Positions 18,711 through 28,555 of a stretch of 61,467 nt of DNA are shown one piece after another. Each line of letters starts with the position of its first letter. The stretch's first letter is position 1. A model generated the notes under the pieces. It did not search any database. It was given only the letters and a program-made list of their open reading frames with translations, and had not been told where the DNA came from. The position numbers and the translations under genes are program-made. This DNA comes from a virus (lineage: Duplodnaviria > Caudoviricetes): positions 1 through 61,467 of IMG/VR virus record IMGVR_UViG_3300007609_000021; one strand, given 5' to 3'.

Positions 18711-21700
18711 TTATCTTGATGATTTTCTTCCGGAGCTTCTTGAGCTTCTTGGTGTTTTCCTTGATGATGACTTTGGCTTTATTATTTTTGATTTAAATTT
18801 AGATTTTGCTTTTTCTAATTCTATTTCTTTATCTTTTAAACCTAAGTCCCAAGTATTGTAACCCATAAATAGCGCGGTTCTTTGCCATGCTTCCGCATCA
18901 TTCTGCGTCATTGCTTTAATATTTGATGCTTTAGTAATAATTCTATCTAAAGGAACGTTGAACGCGGCTGATACTAAATTGCCTGCAATGCCATAATAAG
19001 GGTGGTTAGGATTGTCATAACCTATCTTATCAATTATTTTTTTATTAAACTTATAATTCTCCATTGCACCATAAATCTTTCTTGCTTTAATACCAACAGC
19101 TGGAGATATATTTAAAAGCTCTAAAATAACTTTGCCATTTTGACCTGTAAATCCTTTATCGTTTTCACGCATCCAAGCAATAAGAGCATTTTTAAGAGTA
19201 GACACCGCAGCTCCTGCGATACCAGAACCTCTTAATGCACTATCTAAAACAGTATTGATAGCCCTAAATGTTTTTTGATCAATTTTTAGTTCATCTTTTT
19301 CTTCTTCGTCATCTGTAAAGAACGCCGCAAACAAAGCACTTTGTAAAAATGAAAATATAGTGTTTTGTATTGCCCCATAGTATACTAACTTAGAAACATT
19401 AGCTTTAACACTACCCCTTCTATTTATTAGATCTAATGCAGCTTTTTTCTGTATACGAGTCATCTGCATTGTAGTATTTTGGAATGCTAAAAATATTCTT
19501 CCTATAACACTAACTTGTTGATTAGACAATAAATCCTGCCTTGATGACTGCTGAGTGCGTTCGGCTAATTCTTGAAAGTCTAAGAAAGCTTTTTCTTTAG
19601 CTTTAGCTTCCGTCATACCCTCTTTAATATACTTTTGTTCTCTATTGTATAAAAACGGTGCTCCACCTGTTGCAACAGCTATATTATCGCCGTACTTTGT
19701 AAGAGAAAAACCTTTTTCAAGCATATAAGCTAACAATGCTTTGTTTTTATTTTTGCTAGCTTCCAATGTAGCTACAAGCTCAGACTCGTTTATATCTGTT
19801 TTTAAACCCTGTCTACGCTCTTTCATCCAATCAGAGTTAAATATTTTAACCCAGTATGCAGCATATTCTTTAGGTTGTGTAGCTATAAATTTGCCTTGAG
19901 CAAATATATTATTATCTTCCCAGTTCGTAAAGTTAACAATGGACAATTGTTGTAGCAAAGCGGAGCGCATGTTAAAAAACATAGTTGTTGCAACAGAACC
20001 TCTAACCCAGTTTAAATAAGTGTTAGCTAATTTATTACTTCCAATTTCTCTTGCTCTACCTTTTTCAATACGATAAAGCATATCTTCCAAAGCATTTCTT
20101 AAGTCAGGTCCATAAGCCGCTTCAATTTTATTTATATTATCTTTAGAAAATATAATATCAGCATTTGTAATATACTCTTCAAATATCCTAGCTCTACCAA
20201 TTTTACTTAAAATCTCTTGCAGATCCATTTCAATAGTACTAGCCGTCCATGCATCTTCCGGTTTTAACCAGCTTTCTTTTTTGCTTGGAACAGATATAAG
20301 CTCCTCTGCAAATTTTAATAAATCTTTATCTTTTAAAACAGCGTTTATTAATGCTTTTTTATCTGCTGCATTTATTCCAGGTATATCATACCCAAGCCTA
20401 GTCCACATAAATACTCTTACCGCTGCATCATTAGTGTAGTATTTATAATCACTTTCTTTTCTAAGCTTTTTTGTAATTCCCTTGTTAGCTTTTATTAAAT
20501 TATGATAACCTTGTTTTACAAATTGTCTTTCTGCATTAAGCTGAAAGTTTGCTCTTGCTAAAGGATCTAAAAGTTTTTCCTCAAAGAATTGCATATCTGC
20601 ATCTCCTTGCTTTCCTGTGCCTAAAAAGTTATAAAGTAATCCAGCGAAGTCATCAGCAGATGGCGGTATAAATATTTTACCTTTGCCTTTTTTAGCTCCT
20701 TGTAACTTTGCAGTAGCTTCTGATATAGTTTCTGAAGCAAGAATACCTTTTTTACGTTCTATCATTTTATTGATAGTAGTATTCATAGACTTAGAAGCTT
20801 TTATTTGCTCCTCTGGTTGGAAATTTTCGTGAGTTATAATTTTTGAACTAGTCAAATCTTGAATTACTAAATTTGGAGCCGCTTTTTTTGTATAAGAATT
20901 TAAATAGCGTAAAAGCACATCTGAAGAGCCAAAAACGTAATTACTAGGCATTGAAGATTGCAAATTAACCCCAAACTCTTTTTTTGATAGTATATCATCA
21001 AAAGACTTTTGTGTTAATGAAACAAAAGCATTTTCTCTAATATTTTTAATTAATTCATTACTAAATCCTGGAATACCAACAGCATTTCCTGCAATAGCTC
21101 TAGCTAATATTATAGAAGGTAATATATGTTCATATACAAATTTTGATGTACTATTATCGCCTTTAATATATGTAAAATATTTTAATTCATATGACATTTT
21201 TAAAGGAGTAGCCATATGTTTAGTTTGAGAGTTCATTATAACAGCTACATCAAAACTATTTAAAGATCCCTTTTCAATTCCATTTTTAATATATTTTATT
21301 ATTTTGTCTAAACGAGTGTTAGCTCTATTAAATTGGTCATTGCGTTTTGACATTTCAAGTTTAGAAATATCAATTTGATTTGAATCGATACTTATATCTG
21401 ATGCTGACTGCCATGGCCCATATAAAGAATCCGTTATAAAAACTTTTTCGCCATCTTTAAAAATATAATTATCCTTATATTCAATGTTAAAATCCGCTGC
21501 TTTTATAGATTTATTTTCTAAATAATTTTCTAAAATGTCATACAAATTTTTTGTTCTTTTTAAATAGCTGCTATTCCCATTGGCATAACCCTTACCTAAA
21601 AGTGTAATTGACTCTAAAATTCCATCTACATAATCGCTTTTTGTTGCCTCGCCTTTTTCTTTAACTATGCCTTCAACGTATTCATTTGCAAATTCCATTA

Positions 21701-24700
21701 AAGACACGTAAGCAGAATCAACAGCCGCTTGGCTAGATGGGTTTAAAGAGTTTTCGGATAAACCAAACATTGAAGTAAAGGCTAATTCATTGATTAACCC
21801 TGAAAACTTCTGATTTAAAAAAGATTGTATATCTTTAATAGTCGGCTTGTATTTTTTTGTAATATCATTATTTACAAGTTTTACAAATTCTTCGGCTACC
21901 GCTATAGTAGAATTTTTAAATTCATCATCAACTATTGTGTTTTTAAAAGCATTATCCCAAATAGATTTTGTTCTTGGTTGCCTTGTAAAAATTGCATTTG
22001 CTAAATACTTACTTACTTGCTCGCTGTGCGTTGATATTTTTGCAGAATTGTTTTTAATATAATTTTTAGTTGCTATAGATTTTTTTATTTCACCTCTCCC
22101 AAAATCTGTTTTTAAGTTGCTTACTTTTTCGGATATTTTTTCTGCACTCAAAGCCAACATAAGATCCGCTCTTTCAACTATTGTTTCGGTCAATTTTCCG
22201 TTTTGATCAATATCCTTTTCAATCATTTCAAATCCCATTTCAGAAGCTAATTGCCTTCCTAAAGAATTTACAGGGTTTTGCTTAGGTTTATTTCTTAAAG
22301 CACCGTCCTGAAAATGATAATCAACAAATTCATTTTCTTTTATTACATCAACAATTCTTGGGTTTCTTTTCATTATTTCTGGACCGGAAGTCATTCCTCG
22401 GCCAGCAGCGTTATCTCTATCTATTTTAAGCTTATTCCCTTTTTCGTCAACCCAATCGTATTTGTATGCGCTTATTTTTGTTGGAGCAACCCACTCTCCG
22501 TTTACCTGCTTAAGTATGCCTTTTCTAAAAAATGGATGCTTAGATAAAAATGTAGTTGTATAGTTATTAAGTATAAGCTCTCTGTTTTTAATTAAAAAAC
22601 TTTCAAGCCCTTGTCTTTTTATAAATTTAACTATATCTTTTTCGGCAAAATCAGCAATATCTTTTTTAAGATCAGCAACAAAAGGAGTTACGGTTCTATT
22701 TTTACCAGTTTCAATATCAAACTTTTTAATATTTAAAGAAATAGCTTTAATTAAGGTTTTATCAAATTCTGGAGAAAGCTCTTCATCAAACTTTATTTCA
22801 TCAGAAAATACTGTTTTCTTTTTAACCGGTTTTTCTTTTGCAATTTCTTCCGATGCTAATATTGCATCTTCTGCTGTTTCTGTAGCGGTGACATCTTTAA
22901 CTTCAGCAACGTCAGATTTAAAAGTACTTGCTTCGTCTTTGCCTAAAAGCTGGTTTGCAATTGTTATACTTCTTGCTGCTAAATACTTATTTATATATGC
23001 AGCTAATGGTACACCTTCGTTTTCTTGTGGATTATATTTTAAAGCTAATCCCATAACCCCATATGTGGGGTCATCTAATATACTTGTAACTAAATCTTCT
23101 TTATAAGTTGTAAAACCAGGTCTATCTCTGTATTTTTCAGCAATTTTTTTAGCCATTGGTTTATACTCGTCCATTATTTCATATATACCCGCGATACCTT
23201 GCTCATCGTATATTTTTTGAACTTTGTCAGAAGCTAATTCTCTAGACGAAGATTTTACAACCTCTTCAATTTCGGCTTTTTTATTTGAAATTAATTCGCC
23301 CTCTACTTGTCCTTGAACTACATTTTTTAATGTTTTAATTCCTCTACCGGACTTATATATTTTATTGTAGTCTTTTATAAAATTAAATACATCTTCACCT
23401 GTATTGAATTTTACGTTTTTAATATTTGATGTATTAAATATTCTATTAAAGAAATCTTTAAGCTTTTCAAATATTGTAGCCTTAGAGTCTATATCGCCTC
23501 TTGTAAGGGACTCAGATAATAAAGGCATGGTTTCCTCCCACATGTTCTCCAAAGCAGACTTAGCTTTGGTTGAAAAATCATCTTCAGATATTTCGTTTTT
23601 TTCTAGTTGCGAATTTAATTGGTTTATTTTATCTTCATATTGAAGCTCATAGCTTTCAAATCTTTTTGAAAACTCAGTGCCCATAAATCCGTCTCCAGCA
23701 ATCTCTTCTACAAAATCTTTTAAGTTTTGCCCAAGAGCGATATTTCCTGGTATAAGGTTTTTCAATACAGAATGAAGCACCTCGTGTTGCGCCGTGGTGG
23801 CTACTCCTGAATCAAAAGATATTTCTTTGTTTATATATATTTCTTGTGTGCCATCTTTTTTTTGCACTATAAACCCAAAGTCATCAGAAAGTTTTTTTGC
23901 TTCAGCTTCTGATTTACCTTGATTTTTTAATTCTTCTTCAAGTTCTGCTGTTGTATTAAAATCTTTTACAACCGTTTTTAGCTCGGGTAGTTGCTCTGTT
24001 ATTTTTTTAGCTTGAGCAATATCTTCCTCCCCTAATTCTGTTATTTTTGATTTTACAGCAACGTCTTGTATTTTTTTATTTATTTCTTCTATTCTAGCTT
24101 TTTCTTCAACAACTAAATTTGGATCCGCTTCAGAAATAATTTTTTCTAAAGATCTTTTTTCTATTATAAGATCTAAGGCTTCTTTTTTTGCGTCTCCCTT
24201 AATAAAAGAAGGAATTTTAACATTCGCGTTTCTAATTTCGCTTATAGCGTTTATCCTTTGTTCTTTTTCTGGCGCAGAGAGTTCGCTTGATTTTTTAATT
24301 TGTTCTTCTGCTAGATTTAAATAATTTAAAGTAGCTTCGGGATTAAATTTTGCAGCAACAGCTTTAGCGGCATTAACTGTTTCCCTGGCTGTCGCTTTTA
24401 TTGTTTTACCACCAAACGGAAGTATAGTACCTACAATACCTCCGGCTTTTGCAGATTCTGTAATCTCTTTAGTATCTATGTAGCCAAATACATCATCCAC
24501 AGAAGAGCCCTTACCTAACTGACTACTAGCTGTTTGAAATGCTTCTGTTAAAAATTCTACAAAGCCGCCTTTTGCAATTTGAGTAGCACCTTGTTGTGCT
24601 GCCTGAGAGGTTATATACTTTTTAAAACCATCATTAATTAAACTTTTTACAGCAACTTTTCCGGTTTCTCCGAATATTCCTTTAGCAATATTATCCGCTC

Positions 24701-26105
24701 CAACTTTTTCTAAAGCACTATTAACTAAGCCTACAGTAGTCGCAATAGCAACGTCGCCTTCACCTGCTTCAACAGCTGCTAGCATGTTTTCCGGCGTTCT
24801 TTGCAGGTTATTTTTATCTAAATAAGCATCAATATTATCAAAATATGAATTACCAAATTCTTGAGCAAAAACACCTACTCCATTAGTAAAGTACGCTAAT
24901 GGCAATTGTAAAGCTTGTTCTCCAACTAACAAAGAAACGTCAGAAAAAGAAATACCGTCTTCTAAGTTAGCAGATTTAAAAGCTCTTTGTAATTCTTCTT
25001 CAGAAACATTTTCTTTAATGTTGTTTAAAAGGTTCGCTTTTTTTTCTGTAATTTTTTTATCGTAAAAATCTAAAGCCTCTTGCTTTGTTCCGCTTTTTAA
25101 ATCAGTCCAGCCAACATTTGGCGTAAATCTACCTCCATATGTTACTTGCTCGTTATTTTCTAAATTTTGTATTCTGTTACGTTCGCTTATATCTTGTTGA
25201 AGCGTTTCTCCTTCTGTAGCGTCAAATGATTTTTTTATACTAAGGCCTATTTGCTTGAATCCTTTGTATAGCCCTTCAACGAAAGCTGGCGTATCTGCAG
25301 ACAACCCCAACGCTTCCCTGTCAAATTCAATTTTTCTTTCTTCTAAGACGTCTCCTAAGGCTTTTTGATATGAGCTTAATCTTGACTGATAAGTTTTATT
25401 ACTTTTTAAACCTGCTTTTATTAAATCATTTTGAAACTTAGAAAACTCAACATTAGCAGCCGCTACTTGATCAGCTGACGATAAATCATATTTTTGTTCA
25501 ATTAAACTTTTTTTATTTTCAATTTCAGTTGAATATGTTTTAAGTATATCAAAAGGCAAATCTTTGCTAAGGTACTTATCACTTTCAAAAACATTCCTGA
25601 ATATATCTTTATATTCTTGATCAGGTAAAGATCTTGACGCAATTTTCTTATCCCCTAATGATTGATTTATTTTTGTTTTTAAAATATTTTCATTAATAGC
25701 GGGGGCGGCAATATCTATACCATTATTTTTTAGTGCAATCTTTCTTAATTCAGAATCCCTGTTTTCTTGAAACGTAGCATATGATTTTTCATATTCTATA
25801 ACATCTTCAGGCCTATAAGTTTTACCGTCTTCTAATAAACTTGTTGGAGATTTAGTTTGAGTAGGGGCCTGAAAATCCAAAGAACCATCTACCAATGGCG
25901 ATGCCGTATCTGTTAGCTGAATTTTGGGTGCTGCAGTTTCCGCCACAGGCGCACCCGGTCCCTGGCTTGTTGGCTTTCCCGCAGTATCTTCTGCTTTTTT
26001 TATATTAGGATTTTTTTGTAAAAGCTCATCTAACGTATACCCTTTAACTTCGGCAATGGAGGTTAACTCTTCGGTAGAAAATATTTCGTTATCTAATTCG
26101 TACAT
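18711..26105 (-). CDS. Giant internal virion (ejection) polyvalent protein, 2464 aa
   Basis: Follows the pilot proteins; zincin HEVLH, sigma2-like segment, EHILP domain and helical C-terminus. Confidence 0.7.
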   Translation of the reverse strand: MYELDNEIFSTEELTSIAEVKGYTLDELLQKNPNIKKAEDTAGKPTSQGPGAPVAETAAPKIQLTDTASPLVDGSLDFQAPTQTKSPTSLLEDGKTYRPEDVIEYEKSYATFQENRDSELRKIALKNNGIDIAAPAINENILKTKINQSLGDKKIASRSLPDQEYKDIFRNVFESDKYLSKDLPFDILKTYSTEIENKKSLIEQKYDLSSADQVAAANVEFSKFQNDLIKAGLKSNKTYQSRLSSYQKALGDVLEERKIEFDREALGLSADTPAFVEGLYKGFKQIGLSIKKSFDATEGETLQQDISERNRIQNLENNEQVTYGGRFTPNVGWTDLKSGTKQEALDFYDKKITEKKANLLNNIKENVSEEELQRAFKSANLEDGISFSDVSLLVGEQALQLPLAYFTNGVGVFAQEFGNSYFDNIDAYLDKNNLQRTPENMLAAVEAGEGDVAIATTVGLVNSALEKVGADNIAKGIFGETGKVAVKSLINDGFKKYITSQAAQQGATQIAKGGFVEFLTEAFQTASSQLGKGSSVDDVFGYIDTKEITESAKAGGIVGTILPFGGKTIKATARETVNAAKAVAAKFNPEATLNYLNLAEEQIKKSSELSAPEKEQRINAISEIRNANVKIPSFIKGDAKKEALDLIIEKRSLEKIISEADPNLVVEEKARIEEINKKIQDVAVKSKITELGEEDIAQAKKITEQLPELKTVVKDFNTTAELEEELKNQGKSEAEAKKLSDDFGFIVQKKDGTQEIYINKEISFDSGVATTAQHEVLHSVLKNLIPGNIALGQNLKDFVEEIAGDGFMGTEFSKRFESYELQYEDKINQLNSQLEKNEISEDDFSTKAKSALENMWEETMPLLSESLTRGDIDSKATIFEKLKDFFNRIFNTSNIKNVKFNTGEDVFNFIKDYNKIYKSGRGIKTLKNVVQGQVEGELISNKKAEIEEVVKSSSRELASDKVQKIYDEQGIAGIYEIMDEYKPMAKKIAEKYRDRPGFTTYKEDLVTSILDDPTYGVMGLALKYNPQENEGVPLAAYINKYLAARSITIANQLLGKDEASTFKSDVAEVKDVTATETAEDAILASEEIAKEKPVKKKTVFSDEIKFDEELSPEFDKTLIKAISLNIKKFDIETGKNRTVTPFVADLKKDIADFAEKDIVKFIKRQGLESFLIKNRELILNNYTTTFLSKHPFFRKGILKQVNGEWVAPTKISAYKYDWVDEKGNKLKIDRDNAAGRGMTSGPEIMKRNPRIVDVIKENEFVDYHFQDGALRNKPKQNPVNSLGRQLASEMGFEMIEKDIDQNGKLTETIVERADLMLALSAEKISEKVSNLKTDFGRGEIKKSIATKNYIKNNSAKISTHSEQVSKYLANAIFTRQPRTKSIWDNAFKNTIVDDEFKNSTIAVAEEFVKLVNNDITKKYKPTIKDIQSFLNQKFSGLINELAFTSMFGLSENSLNPSSQAAVDSAYVSLMEFANEYVEGIVKEKGEATKSDYVDGILESITLLGKGYANGNSSYLKRTKNLYDILENYLENKSIKAADFNIEYKDNYIFKDGEKVFITDSLYGPWQSASDISIDSNQIDISKLEMSKRNDQFNRANTRLDKIIKYIKNGIEKGSLNSFDVAVIMNSQTKHMATPLKMSYELKYFTYIKGDNSTSKFVYEHILPSIILARAIAGNAVGIPGFSNELIKNIRENAFVSLTQKSFDDILSKKEFGVNLQSSMPSNYVFGSSDVLLRYLNSYTKKAAPNLVIQDLTSSKIITHENFQPEEQIKASKSMNTTINKMIERKKGILASETISEATAKLQGAKKGKGKIFIPPSADDFAGLLYNFLGTGKQGDADMQFFEEKLLDPLARANFQLNAERQFVKQGYHNLIKANKGITKKLRKESDYKYYTNDAAVRVFMWTRLGYDIPGINAADKKALINAVLKDKDLLKFAEELISVPSKKESWLKPEDAWTASTIEMDLQEILSKIGRARIFEEYITNADIIFSKDNINKIEAAYGPDLRNALEDMLYRIEKGRAREIGSNKLANTYLNWVRGSVATTMFFNMRSALLQQLSIVNFTNWEDNNIFAQGKFIATQPKEYAAYWVKIFNSDWMKERRQGLKTDINESELVATLEASKNKNKALLAYMLEKGFSLTKYGDNIAVATGGAPFLYNREQKYIKEGMTEAKAKEKAFLDFQELAERTQQSSRQDLLSNQQVSVIGRIFLAFQNTTMQMTRIQKKAALDLINRRGSVKANVSKLVYYGAIQNTIFSFLQSALFAAFFTDDEEEKDELKIDQKTFRAINTVLDSALRGSGIAGAAVSTLKNALIAWMRENDKGFTGQNGKVILELLNISPAVGIKARKIYGAMENYKFNKKIIDKIGYDNPNHPYYGIAGNLVSAAFNVPLDRIITKASNIKAMTQNDAEAWQRTALFMGYNTWDLGLKDKEIELEKAKSKFKSKIIKPKSSSRKTPRSSRSSGRKSSR

Positions 26106-26117
26106 AATATTAAATTA

Positions 26118-27575
26118 TTAATTAAATTTTGCTGCTTTTTTGCGTAATTTGTAATCCTTAATTTCTTTAGCATTAAATCCGTAAGCAGTTAAAGCAAACC
26201 CTTCTAAATCATCAGGGCTAATTGCATTGCCCGCATTAAATGGAACTTGTTTCCCAGTTCTGTCATTTGCTACAATATATTCGTTTGGATTTATTTGAAC
26301 TTGAGTTTCAACACCATCTTCGTCTTGTTCAGTTTTGAATACAGGAGGCGCTTTTACTATAACAGTATTTGGTATGTTAACACTTCTTCCGTAGGCTTCT
26401 ATTTGATCTGGTCTTAAATTACCGTCATCAGTCATAAATCTTTTTAGCTCTCCTTTGTCTCCTCCCGCACTAAGTCTTCCAGCGTTTTCAATTAAAGCGT
26501 CGCCAAATGCTTTTTTATCTTCTTTATCTAAGCCTCTTTTTATAGCTCCTTCAGTTGGTTCTTTAACAGTGGCAGCTACTTGTATTTTAGAATCTTTATT
26601 GTTTTCTTTAAATCCATTAACATAAGCTTCCTCAACCATTTCATTCAATCTATTCTTTATAAGATTAGCTTTCTTTAATGGATCAGTATCTTTTGTTATT
26701 TTGCCAGCAGCACCTAATTCTAATTCTATAAATGTATCTATTTGTTTTTTAGTTAAACCATCTAAAGGAGGATTTTTAATGTAATCACTTCCTTGGCTTA
26801 AAGCATGGTATCTAAGATCGTTACCATATGCCGGATCATTCAATTGTTGAATAACAGTTGTTCTAACCTCTTGCTCAGCGTTACCAAAAAACTGAGCTAT
26901 TTTAGACGGGTCATTTTTATCTATAGTAGTATATTTTTTAGATAAAGCATTGAATGAAGATCCAATCTTTGCTTCTGCAACGGAGGGTACTTCAATAACG
27001 TCTTCTGGATACGCGGCAAGATCTTGCGCTGATTTTAATTCGCCAGCTACGTCATATTTATATTCGCCTGTTTTAGGGTCTTTAACAAGCTTTGCGTTTT
27101 TAATAGCGTTAAGCTTTTCAATAGCCTCTGTGTCATTTGCTCCGCTTAATTCTGATTTAGCGGATTGTAAATCGGCAACAACTTGCTTGTGCACATTAGC
27201 TAGGCCAGCAACTTCTTGAACTTTCATTTTAGCTTTGCCTATTGAGTCAGCTTTACTAGGGCTAAAAGGATCGCCGCTGTTAATGTCGTTTAAAACATCT
27301 TCTCTAATTTGTTTTGCAATAGCAAGCTGCGACTCTGACATTGGTATTGTATTACCGTTTTCGTCAAATTTTATAAAGTCAAGACTATTTATTAGCTCAC
27401 TTCTTTTTGTATTTGCTTCATTTGTTGCTTTTGTAATTTCACCTAAAGTGCTTTCAAAGTTTTTATTAAAAGCTCCTGCTACGTCTACAAACTTAGGAGC
27501 AGCCATTGCTGCCCCTTGTATTAATGCTCTATCTGCTGCCATATTATTTTTTATTAAATCCTCCAGCTCCTGCAA
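26118..27575 (-). CDS. Putative internal virion protein (485 aa)
   Basis: Helical protein between the pilot protein and the giant protein. Confidence 0.55.
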   Translation of the reverse strand: MQELEDLIKNNMAADRALIQGAAMAAPKFVDVAGAFNKNFESTLGEITKATNEANTKRSELINSLDFIKFDENGNTIPMSESQLAIAKQIREDVLNDINSGDPFSPSKADSIGKAKMKVQEVAGLANVHKQVVADLQSAKSELSGANDTEAIEKLNAIKNAKLVKDPKTGEYKYDVAGELKSAQDLAAYPEDVIEVPSVAEAKIGSSFNALSKKYTTIDKNDPSKIAQFFGNAEQEVRTTVIQQLNDPAYGNDLRYHALSQGSDYIKNPPLDGLTKKQIDTFIELELGAAGKITKDTDPLKKANLIKNRLNEMVEEAYVNGFKENNKDSKIQVAATVKEPTEGAIKRGLDKEDKKAFGDALIENAGRLSAGGDKGELKRFMTDDGNLRPDQIEAYGRSVNIPNTVIVKAPPVFKTEQDEDGVETQVQINPNEYIVANDRTGKQVPFNAGNAISPDDLEGFALTAYGFNAKEIKDYKLRKKAAKFN

Positions 27576-28194
27576 ATCCTACTGCTGCCCCAGCTAAACT
27601 TCCAATGCCTCCAACTAATGATTGTGTTGCTTGCGCTCTTGCTGCGTCCGCTGCTGCTAGTCTTTGTTGTGACATACCTAGTAATGTTGATTCTCTATCA
27701 AATTCTTGGCCTTGTACTGCCATAGCTCCTCTTGCTTCTGCCATTTGCATTTGAGCGTCTCCTTGAGCAGACATCCTTGCGTTTGCAGCTTCTTGCGCAC
27801 CTATTGAAGCAGATATTTGCTGTAAGCCTTGTCTTTGTTGTCCAACTAATGCTTGAGCTAATGCCGCAGCACCCATTCCTCCACCACTTTGTCTTAAAGC
27901 GTCTAAAGTATTTGCTAAGCCTTGTTGCTGTTGTTGTGCTTGAAATTCTGCTTGTTGAGTGTTTACTGTTAAATCCTCAAATGGATTTTCCATATTAGCA
28001 AAAGCGTTTTCAAATTGAAAACTCTTATACGCTGCTGTTTGAGATGCTAATTCTTGTTTTGCCGCCCTTTGTTCTTGCCTTCTTTTTCTGCCGCCTATTA
28101 TACCGCCTAAGATACCAGCAACGCCACTTACAGCGCCCCCTATAACTCCTGCGGTTTGGTCTGCGGTAAAGCCTTTAAATCCGTTTATTGCCAT
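27544..28194 (-). CDS. Putative ejection/pilot protein
   Basis: Gly/Ala hydrophobic ends and a Gln-rich coiled coil. Confidence 0.65.
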   Translation of the reverse strand: MAINGFKGFTADQTAGVIGGAVSGVAGILGGIIGGRKRRQEQRAAKQELASQTAAYKSFQFENAFANMENPFEDLTVNTQQAEFQAQQQQQGLANTLDALRQSGGGMGAAALAQALVGQQRQGLQQISASIGAQEAANARMSAQGDAQMQMAEARGAMAVQGQEFDRESTLLGMSQQRLAAADAARAQATQSLVGGIGSLAGAAVGFAGAGGFNKK

Positions 28195-28200
28195 ATTATT

Positions 28201-28521
28201 TTAATTACTACTTACGAATATTTCTGAGTTTACTGCAAATAGCTCAGCATAATCTGTTCTTGAGTTCTTCATTGTTACTTCCGCGTAATAACCAAGTAGC
28301 CCGGAAGTGTTTATTTCGTTGTCTTTTCCAAAGAATATAAAGCTATTATCAGTTAATTCACTAACATCACCTGTTGTATTACATGTTATGGTATAGTCAG
28401 ATATAGCTGTGCAGGGCCCAATTTCTTTAATTTCTTCTGAGCTATTTAAATAATAAACTATATCTCCAACTTGTAAAGATACATTTAGCTTAAAATTAAA
28501 TGTTAAAGTTGTATTTGCCAT
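28201..28521 (-). CDS. Small tail structural protein
   Basis: GLLGYYAEVTMKN..AELFAVNSE resembles the C-terminal strands of tail nozzle/stabilisation proteins. Confidence 0.5.
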   Translation of the reverse strand: MANTTLTFNFKLNVSLQVGDIVYYLNSSEEIKEIGPCTAISDYTITCNTTGDVSELTDNSFIFFGKDNEINTSGLLGYYAEVTMKNSRTDYAELFAVNSEIFVSSN

Positions 28522-28555
28522 AGTATTGTTATTACGATTTTTAAAGCATTGTTAA

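Noticed and set aside
18711-26105. crAss-like virion RNA polymerase
   Set aside because: No DxDxD catalytic motif (DFDID/DFDGD type) seen in the translation
28522-28536. Possible late promoter GTRAT 9 nt before the ATG (also at 61074-61078; similar at 36647)
   Set aside because: Too short and too few copies to separate from chance in AT-rich DNA without a motif search
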